NCBI GenBank assembly: GCA_964016885.1
Contig: OZ024743.1
Coordinates: 135,470,001 to 135,534,000 of the forward strand
Direction: 5' to 3'
Source of the DNA: Eledone cirrhosa
Lineage: Eukaryota
DNA: 64,000 nucleotides
Both the position numbers and the translations under genes were made by a program. The notes under the pieces were generated by a model that saw only the letters and a program-made list of their open reading frames with translations, was not told where the DNA came from and did not search any database. Every line of letters starts with the position of its first letter. Position 1 is the stretch's first letter. This document shows positions 13,120 through 25,200 of the stretch, one piece after another.

Positions 13120-16100
13120 TTGGTGTTTGGTGTTTGGTCCTTGGTGCTTGGTGTTTAGTGCTTGGTGCTTGGAGTTTGTTGTTTGGTGCTTTCTGCTTGC
13201 TGCTTGGTGTTTGGTGCTTGGTGCTTGGTGCTTGGTGTATGGTGTTTGGTGCTAGGTGCTTGGTGTTTGGTGTTTGGTGTTTGATGCTGGGTGTTTGGTG
13301 CTTGGTGTTTGGTGTTTTGTGCTTGGTGCTTGGGGCTTGGTGTTTAGTGCTTGGTGCTTGGTGCTTGGTGTTTGGTGCTTGGTGCTTGGTGTTTGGTGTT
13401 TGGTGCTTGGTGCTTGGTGTTTGGTGCTTGGTGCTTGGTGCTGGGTGGTTGGTATTTGGTGCTTGGTGCTTGGTGTTTGGTGCTTGGTGCTTGGTGCTTG
13501 GTGTTTGGTGCTTGGTGCTTGGTGCTTGGTCTTTGGTGCTTGGTGTTTGGTGCTTGGTGCTTGGTGCTTGGTGTTTGGTGCTTGGTGATTAGTGTTTGGT
13601 GCTTGGTGCTTGGGGTTTGGTGTTTGGTGCTTGGTACTTGGTGTTTGGTTCTTGGTGTTTGGTGTTTGCTGTTTGGTGTTTGGTGTTTGGTGTTTGCTGT
13701 TTGCTTTTTGGTGTTTGGTGTTTGCTGTATGGTGTTTGCTGTTTGGTGTTTGGTGTTTGCTGTTTGGTGTTTGGTGTTTGCTGTTTGGTGCTTGGTGCTT
13801 GGTGTTTGGTGTTTGGTGCTTGGTGCTTGGTTTTTGGTGTTTGTTGCTTGGTGCTTGGTGCTTGGTGTTTGGTGTTTGGTGTTTGGTGCTTGGTGTCTGG
13901 TGCTTGGTGTTTGGTGTTTGGTGTTTGGTGCTTGGTGTTTGGTGTTTGGTGTTTGGTGCTTGGTGTTTGGTGTTTGGTGTTTGGTGTTTGGTGCTTGTTG
14001 CTTGGTGCTTGGTGCTTGGTGTTTGGTGCTTGGTGCTTGGTGTTTGTTGCTGGGTGCTTGGTGTTTGGTGCTTGGTGCTTGGTGCTTGGTGTTTGGTGTT
14101 TGGTGCTTGGTGCTTGGTGTTTGGTGTTTGGTGTTATATGCTTGGTGTTTGATGCTTGGTGCTTGGTGCTTGGTATTTGGTGTTTGGTGTTTGGTGCTTG
14201 GTGTTTGATGCTTGGTGCTTGGTCCTTGGTGTTTGGTGCTTGGTGCTTGGTGTTTGTACTTGGTGCTTGGTGCTTGGTTCTTGGTGCTTGGTGCTTGGTG
14301 CTTGGTGCTTTGTGCTTGGTGTTTGGTGCTTGGTGTTTGGTGCTTGGTGTTTGGTGCTTGGTGCCTGGTGCTTGGTGCTTGGTGCTTGGTGTTTGGTGCT
14401 TGGTGTTTGGTGCTTGGTGTTAGGTGTTTGGTGCTTGGTGCTTGGTGTTTGGTGTTTGGTGCTTGGTGTTTGGTGCTTGGTGCTTGGTGTTTGGTGTTTG
14501 GTGCTTGGTGTTTGGTGCTTGGTACTTGGTGCTTGGTGCTTGGTGTTAGGTGTTTGGTGCTTGGTGCTTGGTGTTTGGTTTTTGGTGATTGTTGCTTGGT
14601 GTTTGGTGTTTGGTGCTTGCTGCTGGCTGCTTGGTGTTTGGTGCTTGGTGATTGGTGCTTGGTGTTTGGTGCTTGGTGTTTGGTGTTTGGTACTAGGTGC
14701 TTGGTGATTGGTGTTTGGCGCTTGGTGCTTGGTGTTTGGTGTTTGGTGTTTGGTGCTTGCTGCTTGGTGCTTGGTGCTGGGTGGTTGGTGTTTGGTGCTT
14801 GGTGATTAGTGTTTGGTGCTAGGTGCTTGGGGTTTGGTGTTTGGTGCTTGGTGCTTGGTGTTTGGTGCTTGGTGCTTGGTGTTTGGTGCTTGGTGCTTGG
14901 TGTTTGGTGTTTGCTGTTTGCTGTTTGGTGTTTGTTGTTTGGTGTTTGTTGTTTGGTGTTTGCTGTTTGGTGTTTGGTATTTGGTGTTTGCTGTTTGATG
15001 TCTGCTTTTTGGTGTTTGGTGTTTGCTGTATGTTGTTTGCTGTTTGGTGTTTGGTGTTTGGTGTTTGGTGTTTGGTGCTTGGTGCTTGGTGTTTGGTGCT
15101 TGGTGCTTGGTGTTTGGTGCCTGGTGCTTGGTACTTGGTGTTTGGTGTTTGGTGCTTGGTGCTTGGTGCTTGGAGTTTGGTGTTTGGTGCTTGGTGCTTG
15201 GTGTTTTGTGTTTGGTGTTTGGTTTTTGGTGCTTGATGCTTGGTGCTTGGTGCTTAGTCCTTGGTGTTTGGTGCTTGGTGCTTGGTGTTTGTACTTGGTG
15301 CTTGGTGCTTGGTGTTTGGTTCTTGGTTCTTGGTGTTTGGTACTTGGTGCTTGGTGCTTGGTGCTTGGTGTTAGGTGTTTGGTGCTTGGTGCTTGGTGTT
15401 TGGTGCTTGGTGTTTGCTGTCTGGTGTTTGGTGTTTGGTGTTTGCTGTTTGCTGTTTGGTGTCTGCTTTTTGGTGTTTGGTGTTTGCTGTATGGTGTTTG
15501 CTGTTTGGTGTTTGGTGCTTCGTGTTTGGTGTTTGGTCTTTGGTGCTTGGTGTCTGGTGCTTGATGTTTGGTGTTTGGTGTTTGGTGCTTGGTGCTTGGT
15601 GTTTGGTGCTTGGTGCTTGGTGTTTGTACTTGGTGCTTGGTGCTTGGTGTTTGGTGCTTGGTTCTTGGTGTTTGGTGCTTGGTGTTTGGTGCTTGGTGCT
15701 TGGTGTTTGGTGCTTGGTGCTTGGTGTTTGGTGTTTGGTGCTTGGTGCTTGGTGCTTGGTGTTAGGTGTTTGGTGCTTGGTGCTTGGTGTTTAGTGTTTG
15801 GTTCTTGGTGCTTGGTATTTGGTGCTTGGTGCTTGCTGCTTGGTGTTTGGTGCTTGGTGATTGATGCTTGGTGTTTGGTGCTTGGTGCCCAGTGTTTGGT
15901 TTTTGGTGCTAGGTGCTTGGTGCATGGTGTTTGGTGCTTGGTGTTTGGTGTTTGGTGGTTGGTGCTTGGGGATTGGTGTTTGGTACTTGGTGCTTGGTGC
16001 TTGGTGTTTGGTGCTTGGTGCTTGGTGTTTGGTGTTTGGTGCTTGGTGCTTGGTATTTGGTGCTTGGTGCTTGGTGTTTGGTGTTTGGTGCTTGGTGCTT

Positions 16101-17155
16101 GGTGTTTGGTGCTTGGTGCTTGGTGCTTGTTGTTTGGTGATTGGTGCTTGGTGCTTGGTGTTTGGTGTTTGGTGCTTGGGGCTTGGTTTTTGGTGCTGCG
16201 TGCTTGGTGCTTGGTGCTTGGTGCTTGGTGCTTGGTGTTTGATGCTTGGTGTTTGATGCTTTGTGTTTGGTGTTTGGTGTTTGGTGCTTGGTGTTTGGTG
16301 TTTGATGCTTGGTGCTTGATGCTTGGTGCTTGGTGCTTGGTGTTTGGTGCTTGGTGCTTGGTGTTTGGTGTTTGGTGCTTGGTGCTTGGTGTTTGGTGCT
16401 TGGTGCTTGGTGCTTGTTGTTTGATGATTGGTACTTGGTACTTGGTGTTTGGTGTTTGGTGCTTGGGGCTTGGTGTTTGGTGCTGCGTGCTTGGTGCTTG
16501 GTGCTTGGTGCTTGGTGCTTGGTGTTTTGTGTTTGGTGTTTGATGCTTGGTGCTTGGTGTTTGGTGTTTGGTGCTTGGTGTTTGGTGTTTGCTGTTTGCT
16601 GTTTGCTGTTTGGTGTTTGCTGTTTGGTGTTTGGTGTTTGGTGTTTGCTGTTTGGTGTTTGTTGTTTGGTGTTTGGTGCTTGCTGTTTGGTGCTTGGTGT
16701 TTGGTGCTTGGTGCTTGGTGTTTGGTGTTTGGTGTTTGGTGCTTGGTGCTTGGGGCTTGATTTGGTGCTTGGTGCTTGGTGCTTGCTGTTTGGTGTTTGG
16801 TGCTTGGTGTTTGGTGCTTGGTGCTTGGTGCTGGGTGTTTGGTGCTTGGTGTTTGGTGCATGGTGCTTGGTGCTTGTTGTTTGTCGCTTGTTGCTTGGTG
16901 CTTGGTGTTTGGTGCTTGGTGCTTGGTGTTTGGTGTTTGGTGCTTGGTGCTTGGTGTTTGGTGTTTGGTGCTTGGTGTTTGGTGTTTGGTGCTTGGTGCT
17001 TGGTGTTTGCTGCTTGGTACTTGGTGCATGGTGTTTGGTGCTGGGTGCTTGGTGTTTGGTGCTTGGTGTTTGGTGCTTGGTGCTTGGTGTTTGGTGTTTG
17101 GTGTTTGATGCTTGGTGTTTTATGCTTGGTGCTTGGTGTTTGGTGCTTGGTGTTT
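13120..17155 (+). repeat. HOR-A copy 3 (nearly complete 4082-bp type)
   Basis: ORF patterns 11709->15791 (+4082) and 7166->15023 (+7857). It retains the 307-bp segment. Similarity to copy 2 breaks at about 17156. Confidence 0.86.
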
Positions 17156-19249
17156 GGTGCTTGGTGCTTGGTGTTTGGTGCTTGGTGCTTGGTGCTGGGT
17201 GGTTGGTGTTAGGTGTTTGGTGCTTGGTGCTTGGTGTTTGGTGTTTGGTCCTTGGTGCTTGGTGCTTGGTGTTTAGTGCTTGGTGCTTGGTGTTTGTTGT
17301 TTGGTGCTTTCTGCTTGCTGCTTGGTGTTTGCTGCTTGGTGCTTGGTGCTTGGTGTTTGGTGTTTGGTGCTAGGTGCTTGGTGTTTGGTGTTTGGTGTTT
17401 GATGCTTGGTGTTTGGTGCTTGGTGTTTGGTGTTTGGTGCTTGGTGCTTGGTGTTTGGTGCTTGGTGCTTGGTGCTGGGTGGTTGGTATTTGGTGCTTGG
17501 TGCTTGGTGTTTGGTGCTTGGTGCTTGGTGCTTGGTGTTTGGTGCTTGGTGCTTGGTGCTTGGTCTTTGGTGCTTGGTGTTTGGTGTTTGGTGTTTGGTG
17601 TTTTGTGTTTGCTGTATGGTGTTTGCTGTTTCGTGTTTGGTGTTTGCTGTTTGGTGTTTGGTGTTTGCTGTTTGGTGTTTGGTCTTTGGTGCTTGGTGTT
17701 TGGTGCTTGGTGCTTGGTGTTTGGTGTTTGGTGCTTGGTGTTTGGTGTTTGGTGCTTGGTGCTTGGTGCTTGGTGTTTGGTGTTTGGTGTTTGGTGCTTG
17801 GTGTCTGGTGCTTGGTGTTTGGTGTTTGGTGTTTGGTGCTTGGTGTTTGGTGTTTGGTGTTTGGTGTTTGGTGCTTGTTGCTTGGTACTTGGTGCTTGGT
17901 GTTTGGTGCTTGGTGCTTGGTGTTTGGTGCTGGGTGCTTGGTGTTTGGTGCTTGGTGCTTGGTGCTTGGTGTTTGGTGTTTGGTGCTTGGTGCTTGGTGC
18001 TTGGTGTTTGGTGTTTGGTGCTTGGTGTTTTATGCTTGGTGTTTGATGTTTGGTGCTTGGTGCTTGGTGTTTGGTGCTTGGTGCTTGGTGTTTGTACTTG
18101 GTGCTTGGTGCTTGGTTCTTGGTGTTTGGTGCTTGGTGCTTGGTGCTTGGTGCTTGGTGTTTGGTGCTTGGTGTTTGGTGCTTCGTGTTTGGTGCTTGGT
18201 GCCTGGTGCTTGGTGCTTGGTATTAGGTGTTTGGTGCTTGGTGCTTGGTGTTTGGTGTTTGGTGCTTGGTGTTTGGTCTTTGGTGCTTGGTGTTTGGTGC
18301 TTGGTGCTTGGTGTTTGGTGTTTGGTGCTTGGTGTTTGGTGTTTGGTGCTTGGTGCTTGGTGCTTGGTGTTTGGTGTTTGGTGTTTGGTGCTTGGTGTCT
18401 GGTGCTTGGTGTTTGGTGCTTGGTGTTTGGTGCTTGGTATTAGGTGTTTGGTGCTTGGTGCTTGGTGTTTGGTGTTTGGTGCTTGGTGTTTGGTGCTTGG
18501 TGCTTGGTGTTTGGTGTTTGGTGCTTGGTGTTTGGTGCTTGGTACTTGGTGCTTGGTGCTTGGTGTTAGGTGTTTGGTGCTTGGTGCTTGGTGTTTGGTT
18601 TTTGGTGCTTGGTGCTTGGTGTTTGGTGTTTGGTGGTTGCTGCTGGCTGCTTGGTGTTTGGTGCTTGGTGATTGGTGCTTGGTGTTTGGTGCTTGGTGTT
18701 TGGTGTTTGGTACTAGGTGCTTGGTGCTTGGTGTTTGGTGCTTGGTGCTTGGTGTTTGGTGTTTGGTGCTTGGTGCTTGGTGTTTGGTGCTTGGTGCTGG
18801 GTGCTGGGTGGTTGGTGTTTGGTGTTTGGTGTTTGGTGCTGGGTGCTTGGTGTTTGGTGCTTGGTGCTTGGTCTTTGGTCTTTGGTGTTTGGTCTTTGGT
18901 GCTTGGTGTTTGGTGCTTGGTGCTTGGTGTTTGGTGTTTGGTGCTTGGTGCTTGGTGCTTCGTGTTTGGTGTTTGGTGCTTGGTGTCTGGAGCTTGGTGT
19001 TTGGTGTTTGGTGCTTGGTGTTTGGTGTTTGGTGCTTGGTGCTTGGTGTTTGGTGCTTGGTGCTTGGTGTTTGTACTTGGTGCTTGGTGCTTGGTGTTTG
19101 GTGCTTGGTTCTTGGTGTTTGGTGCTTGGTGTTTGGTGCTTGGTGCTTGGTGTTTGGTGCTTGGTGTTTGGTGTTTCCTGTTTGCTGTTTGGTGCTTGGT
19201 GCTTGGTGTTTGATGTTTGGTGCTTGGTGCTTGGTGTTTGGTGTTTGGT

Positions 19250-22200
19250 TCTTGGTGCTTGGTATTTGGTGCTTGGTGCTTGCTGCTTGGTGTTTGGTGC
19301 TTGGTGATTGATGCTTGGTGTTTGATGCTTGGTGCTTGGTGTTTGGTTTTTGGTGCTAGGTGCTTGGTGCTTGGTGTTTGGTGCTTGGTGTTTGGTGTTT
19401 GCTGCTTGGTGCTTGGGGCTTGGTGTTTGGTACTTGGTGCTTGGTGCTTGGTGTTTGGTGCTTGGTGCTTGGTGTATGGTGTTTGGTGTTTGGTGCTTGG
19501 TGTTTGGTGTTTGGTGCTTGGTGCTTGGTGTTTGTTGCTTGGTACTTGGTTCATGGTGTTTGGTGCCGGGTGCTTGGTGTTTGGTGCTTGGTGCTTGGTG
19601 TTTGGTGTTTGGTGCTTGGTGTTTGGTGTTTGGTCCTTGGTGCTTGGTGTTTGTTTGCTTGGTACTTGGTGCATGGTGTTCGGTGCTGGGTGCTTGGTGT
19701 TTGGTGCTTGGTGTTTGGTGCTTGGTGCTTGGTGTTTGGTGTTTGGTGTTTGATGCTTGGTGTTTGATGCTTGGTGCTTGGTGCTTGGTGTTTGGTGCTT
19801 GGTGTTTGTACTTGGTGCTTGGTGTTTTGTGCTTGGTTCTTTGTGTTTGGTGTTTGGTGCTTGGTGCTTGGTGCTTGGTGTTAGGTGTTTGGTGCTTGGT
19901 GCTTGGTGTTTGGTGTTTGGTCCTTGGTGCTTGGTGTTTAGTGCTTGGTGCTTGGTGTTTGTTGTTTGGTGCTTTCTGCTTGCTGCTTGGCGTTTGGTGC
20001 TTGGTGCTTGGTGCTTGGTGTTTGGTGTTTGGTGCTAGGTGCTTGGTGTTTGGTGTTTGGTGTTTGATGCTTGGTGTTTGGTGCTTGGTGTTTGGTGTTT
20101 TGTGCTTGGTGCTTGGGGCTTGGTGTTTAGTGCTTGGTGCTTGGTGCTTGGTGTTTGGTGCTTGGTGCTTGGTGTTTGGTGTTTGGTGTTTGGTGCTTGG
20201 TGCATGGTGTTTGGTGCTTGGTGCTTGGTGCTGGGTGGTTGGTATTTGGTGCTTGGTGCTTGGTGTTTGGTGCTTGGTGCTTGGTGCTTGGTGTTTGGTG
20301 CTTGGTGCTTGGTGCTTGGTCTTTGGTGCTTGGTGTTTGGTGCTTGGTGCTTGGTGCTTGGTGTTTGGTGCTTGGTGATTAGTGTTTGGTGCTTGGTGCT
20401 TGGGGTTTGGTGTTTGGTGCTTGGTACTTGGTGTTTGGTGCTTGGTGTTTGGTGTTCGCTGTTTGGTGTTTGGTGTTTGCTGTTTGCTGTTTGCTGTTTG
20501 CTTTTTGGTGTTTGGTGTTTGCTGTATGGTGTTTGCTGTTTGGTGTTTGGTGTTTGCTGTTTGGTGTTTGGTGTTTGCTGTTTGGTCTTTGGTGCTTGGT
20601 GTTTGGTGCTTGGTGCTTGGTGTTTGGTGTTTGGTGCTTGGTGCTTGGTGTTTGGTGTTTGTTGCTTGGTGCTTGGTGCTTGGTGTTTGGTGTTTGGTGT
20701 TTGGCGCTTGGTGTCTGGTGCTTGGTGTTTGGTGTTTGGTGTTTGGTGCTTGGTGTTTGGTGTTTGGTGTTTGGTGCTTGGTGTTTGGTGTTTGGTGTTT
20801 GGTGTTTGGTGCTTGTTGCTTGGTGCTTGGTGCTTGGGGTTTGGTTCTTGGTTCTTGGTGTTTGGTACTTGGTGCTTGGTGTTTGGTGCTGGGTGCTTGG
20901 TGTTTGGTGCTTGGTGCTTGGTGCATGCTGTTTGGCGTTTGGTGCTTGGTGCTTGGTGTTTGGTGTTTGGTGTTATATGCTTGGTGTTTGATGCTTGGTG
21001 CTTGGTGCTTGGTATTTGGTGTTTGGTGCTTGGTGTTTGTACTTGGTGCTTGGTTCTTGGTTCTTGGTGCTTGGTGCTTGGTGCTTGGTGCTTGGTGCTT
21101 GGTGTTTGGTGCTTGGTGTTTGGTGCTTGGTGTTTGGTGCTTGGTGCCTGGTGCTTGGTGCTTGGTGCTTGGTGTTTGGTGCTTGGTGTTTGGTGCTTGG
21201 TGTTAGGTGTTTGGTGCTTGGTGCTTGGTGTTTGGTGTTTGGTGCTTGGTGTTTGGTGCTTGGTGCTTGGTGTTTGGTGTTTGGTGCTTGGTGTTTGGTG
21301 CTTGGTACTTGGTGCTTGGTGCTTGGTGTTAGGTGTTTGGTGCTTGGTGCTTGGTGTTTGGTTTTTGGTGCTTGGTGCTTGGTGTTTGGTGTATGGTGCT
21401 TGCTGCTGGCTGCTTGGTGTTTGGTGCTTGGTGATTGGTGCTTGGTGTTTGGTGCTTGGTGTTTGGTGTTTGGTACTAGGTGCTTGGTGTTTGGTGTTTG
21501 GTGCTTGGTGCTTGGTGCTTGGTGCTTGGTGCTTGGTGCTTGGTGCTTGGTGCTTGGTGCTGGGTGGTTGGTGTTTGGTGCTTGGTGATTAGTGTTTGGT
21601 GCTAGGTGCTTGGGGTTTGGTGTTTGGTGCTTGGGGTTTGGTGTTTGGTGCTTGGTACTTGGTGTTTGGTGCTTGGTGTTTGGTGTTTGCTGTTTGGTGT
21701 TTGGTGTTTGGTGTTTGCTGTATGGTGTTTGCTGTTTCGTGTTTGGTGTTTGCTGTTTGGTGTTTGGTGTTTGCTGTTTGGTGTTTGGTCTTTGGTGCTT
21801 GGTGTTTGGTGCTTGGTGCTTGGTGTTTGGTGTTTGGTGCTTGGTGTTTGGTGTTTGGTGCTTGGTGCTTGGTGCTTGGTGTTTGGTGTTTGGTGTTTGG
21901 TGCTTGGTGTCTGGTGCTTGGTGTTTGGTGTTTGGTGTTTGGTGCTTGGTGTTTGGTGTTTGGTGTTTGGTGTTTGGTGCTTGTTGCTTGGTACTTGGTG
22001 CTTGGTGTTTGGTGCTTGGTGCTTGGTGTTTGGTGCTGGGTGCTTGGTGTTTGGTGCTTGGTGCTTGGTGCTTGGTGTTTGGTGTTTGGTGCTTGGTGCT
22101 TGGTGCTTGGTGTTTGGTGTTTGGTGCTTGGTGTTTTATGCTTGGTGTTTGATGTTTGGTGCTTGGTGCTTGGTGTTTGGTGCTTGGTGCTTGGTGTTTG

Positions 22201-25200
22201 TACTTGGTGCTTGGTGCTTGGTTCTTGGTGTTTGGTGCTTGGTGCTTGGTGCTTGGTGCTTGGTGTTTGGTGCTTGGTGTTTGGTGCTTGGTGTTTGGTG
22301 CTTGGTGCCTGGTGCTTGGTGCTTGGTGCTTGGTGTTTGGTGCTTGGTGTTTGGTGCTTGGTATTAGGTGTTTGGTGCTTGGTGCTTGGTGTTTGGTGTT
22401 TGGTGCTTGGTGTTTGGTGCTTGGTGCTTGGTTTTTGGTGTTTGGTGCTTGGTGTTTGGTGCTTGGTACTTGGTGCTTGGTGTTAGGTGTTTGGTGCTTG
22501 GTGCTTGGTGTTTGGTTTTTGGCGCTTGGTGCTTGGTGTTTGGTGTTTGGTGCTTGCTGCTGGCTGCTTGGTGTTTGGTGCTTGGTGATTGGTGCTTGGT
22601 GTTTGGTGCTTGGTGTTTGGTGTTTGGTACTAGGTGCTTGGTGCTTGGTGTTTGGTGCTTGGTGCTTGGTGTTTGGTGTTTGGTGCTTGGTGCTTGGTGT
22701 TTGGTGCTTGGTGCTGGGTGCTGGGTGGTTGGTGTTTGGTGTTTGGTGTTTGGTGCTGGGTGCTTGGTGTTTGGTGCTTGGTGCTTGGTCTTTGGTGTTT
22801 GGTGTTTGGTGTTTGGTGCTTGGTGCTTGGTGCTTCGTGTTTGGTGCTTGGTGCTTGGTGTTTGGTGCTTGGTGCTTAGTGTTTGGTGCTAGGTGCTTGG
22901 GGTTTGGTGTTTGGTGCTTGGTGCTTGGTGTTTGGTGCTTGGTGCTTGGTGCTTCGTGTTTGGTGTTTGGTGCTTGGTGTCTGGAGCTTGGTGTTTGGTG
23001 TTTGTGCTTGGTGTTTGGTGTTTGGTGCTTGGTGCTTGGTGTTTGGTGCTTGGTGCTTGGTGTTTGTGCTTGGTGCTTGGTGTTTGGTGTTTGGTGCTTG
23101 GTGCTTGGTGCTTGGTGTTTGGTGTTTGGTGCTTGGTGCTTGGTGTTTGGTGTTTGGTTCTTGGTGCTTGGTATTTGGTGCTTGGTGCTTGCTGCTTGGT
23201 GTTTGGTGCTTGGTGATTGATGCTTGGTGTTTGATGCTTGGTGCTTGGTGTTTGGTTTTTGGTGCTAGGTGCTTGGTGCTTGGTGTTTGGTGCTTGGTGT
23301 TTCGTGTTTGCTGCTTGGTGCTTGGGGCTTGGTGTTTGGTACTTGGTGCTTGGTGCTTGGTGTTTGGTGCTTGGTGCTTGGTGTATGGTGTTTGGTGTTT
23401 GATGCTTGGTGTTTGGTGTTTGGTGCTTGGTGCTTGGTGTTTGTTGCTTGGTACTTGGTTCATGGTGTTTGGTGCTGGGTGCTTGGTGTTTGCTGCTTGG
23501 TGCTTGGTGTTTGGTGTTTGGTGCTTGGTGTTTGGTGTTTGGTGCTTGGTGCTTGGTGTTTGTTGCTTGGTACTTGATGCATGGTGTTTGGTGCTGGGTG
23601 CTTGGTGTTTGGTGCTTGGTGTTTGGTACTTGGTGCTTGGTGTTTGGTGTTTGGTGTTTGATGCTTGGTGTTTGATGCTTGGTGCTTGGTGCTTGGTGTT
23701 TGGTGCTTGGTGTTTGTACTTGGTGCTTGGTGTTTTGTGCTTGGTTCTTTGTGTTTGGTGTTTGGTGCTTGGTGCTTGGTGCGTGGTGTTAGGTGTTTGG
23801 TGCTTGGTGCTTGGTGTTTGGTGTTTGGTCCTTGGTGCTTGGTGTTTAGTGCTTGGTGCTTGGTGTTTGTTGTTTGGTGCTTTCTGCTTGCTGCTTGGCG
23901 TTTGGTGCTTGGTGCTTGGTGCTTGTGGTTTGGTGTTTGGTGCTAGGTGCTTGGTGTTTGGTGTTTGGTGTTTGATTCTTGGTCTTTGGTGCTTGGTGTT
24001 TGGTGTTTTGTGCTTAGTGCTTGGGGCTTGGTGTTTAGTGCTTGGTGCTTGGTGCTTGGTGTTTGGTGCTTGGTGCTTGGTGTTTGGTGTTTGGTGTTTG
24101 GTGCTTGGTGCTTGGTGTTTGGTGCTTGGTGCTTGGTGCTGGGTGGTTGGTATTTGGTGATTGGTGCTTGGTGTTTGGTGCTTGGTGCTTGGTGCTTGCT
24201 GTTTGGTGCTTGGTGTTTGGTGCTTGGTCTTTGGTGCTTGGTGTTTGGTGCTTGGTGCTTGGTGCTTGGTGTTTGGTGCTTGGTGATTAGTGTTTGGTGC
24301 TTGGTGCTTGGGGTTTGGTGTTTGGTGCTTGGTACTTGGTGTTTGGTGCTTGGTGTTTGGTGTTTGCTGTTTGGTGTTTGGTGTTTGCTGTTTGCTGTTT
24401 GCTGTTTGCTTTTTGGTGTTTGGTGTTTGCTGTATGGTGTTTGCTGTTTGGTGTTTGGTGTTTGCTGTTTGGTGTTTGGTGTTTGCTGTTTGGTCTTTGG
24501 TGCTTGGTGTTTGGTGCTTGGTGCTTGGTGTTTGGTGTTTGGTGCTTGGTGCTTGGTGTTTGGTGTTTGTTGCTTGGTGCTTGGTGCTTGGTGTTTGGTG
24601 TTTGGTGTTTGGTGCTTGGTGTCTGGTGCTTGGTGTTTGGTGTTTGGTGTTTGGTGCTTGGTGTTTGGTGTTTGGTGTTTGGTGCTTGGTGTTTGGTGTT
24701 TGGTGTTTGGTGTTTGGTGCTTGTTGCTTGGTGCTTGGTGCTTGGTGTTTGGTTCTTGGTTCTTGGTGTTTGGTACTTGGTGCTTGGTGTTTGGTGCTGG
24801 GTGCTTGGTGTTTGGTGCTTGGTGCTTGGTGCTTGCTGTTTGGTGTTTGGTGCTTGGTGCTTGGTGTTTGGTGTTTGGTGTTATATGCTTGGTGTTTGAT
24901 GCTTGGTGCTTGGTGCTTGGTATTTGGTGTTTGGTGCTTGGTGTTTGTACTTGGTGCTTGGTTCTTGGTTCTTGGTGCTTGGTGCTTGGTGCTTGGTGCT
25001 TGGTGCTTGGTGTTTGGTGCTTGGTGTTTGGTGCTTGGTGTTTGGTGCTTGGTGCCTGGTGCTTGGTGCTTGGTGCTTGGTGCTTGGTGCTTGGTGTTTG
25101 GTGCTTGGTGTTTGGTGTTTGGTACTAGGTGCTTGGTGTTTGGTGTTTGGTGCTTGGTGCTTGGTGCTTGGTGCTTGGTGCTTGGTGCTTGGTGCTTGGT

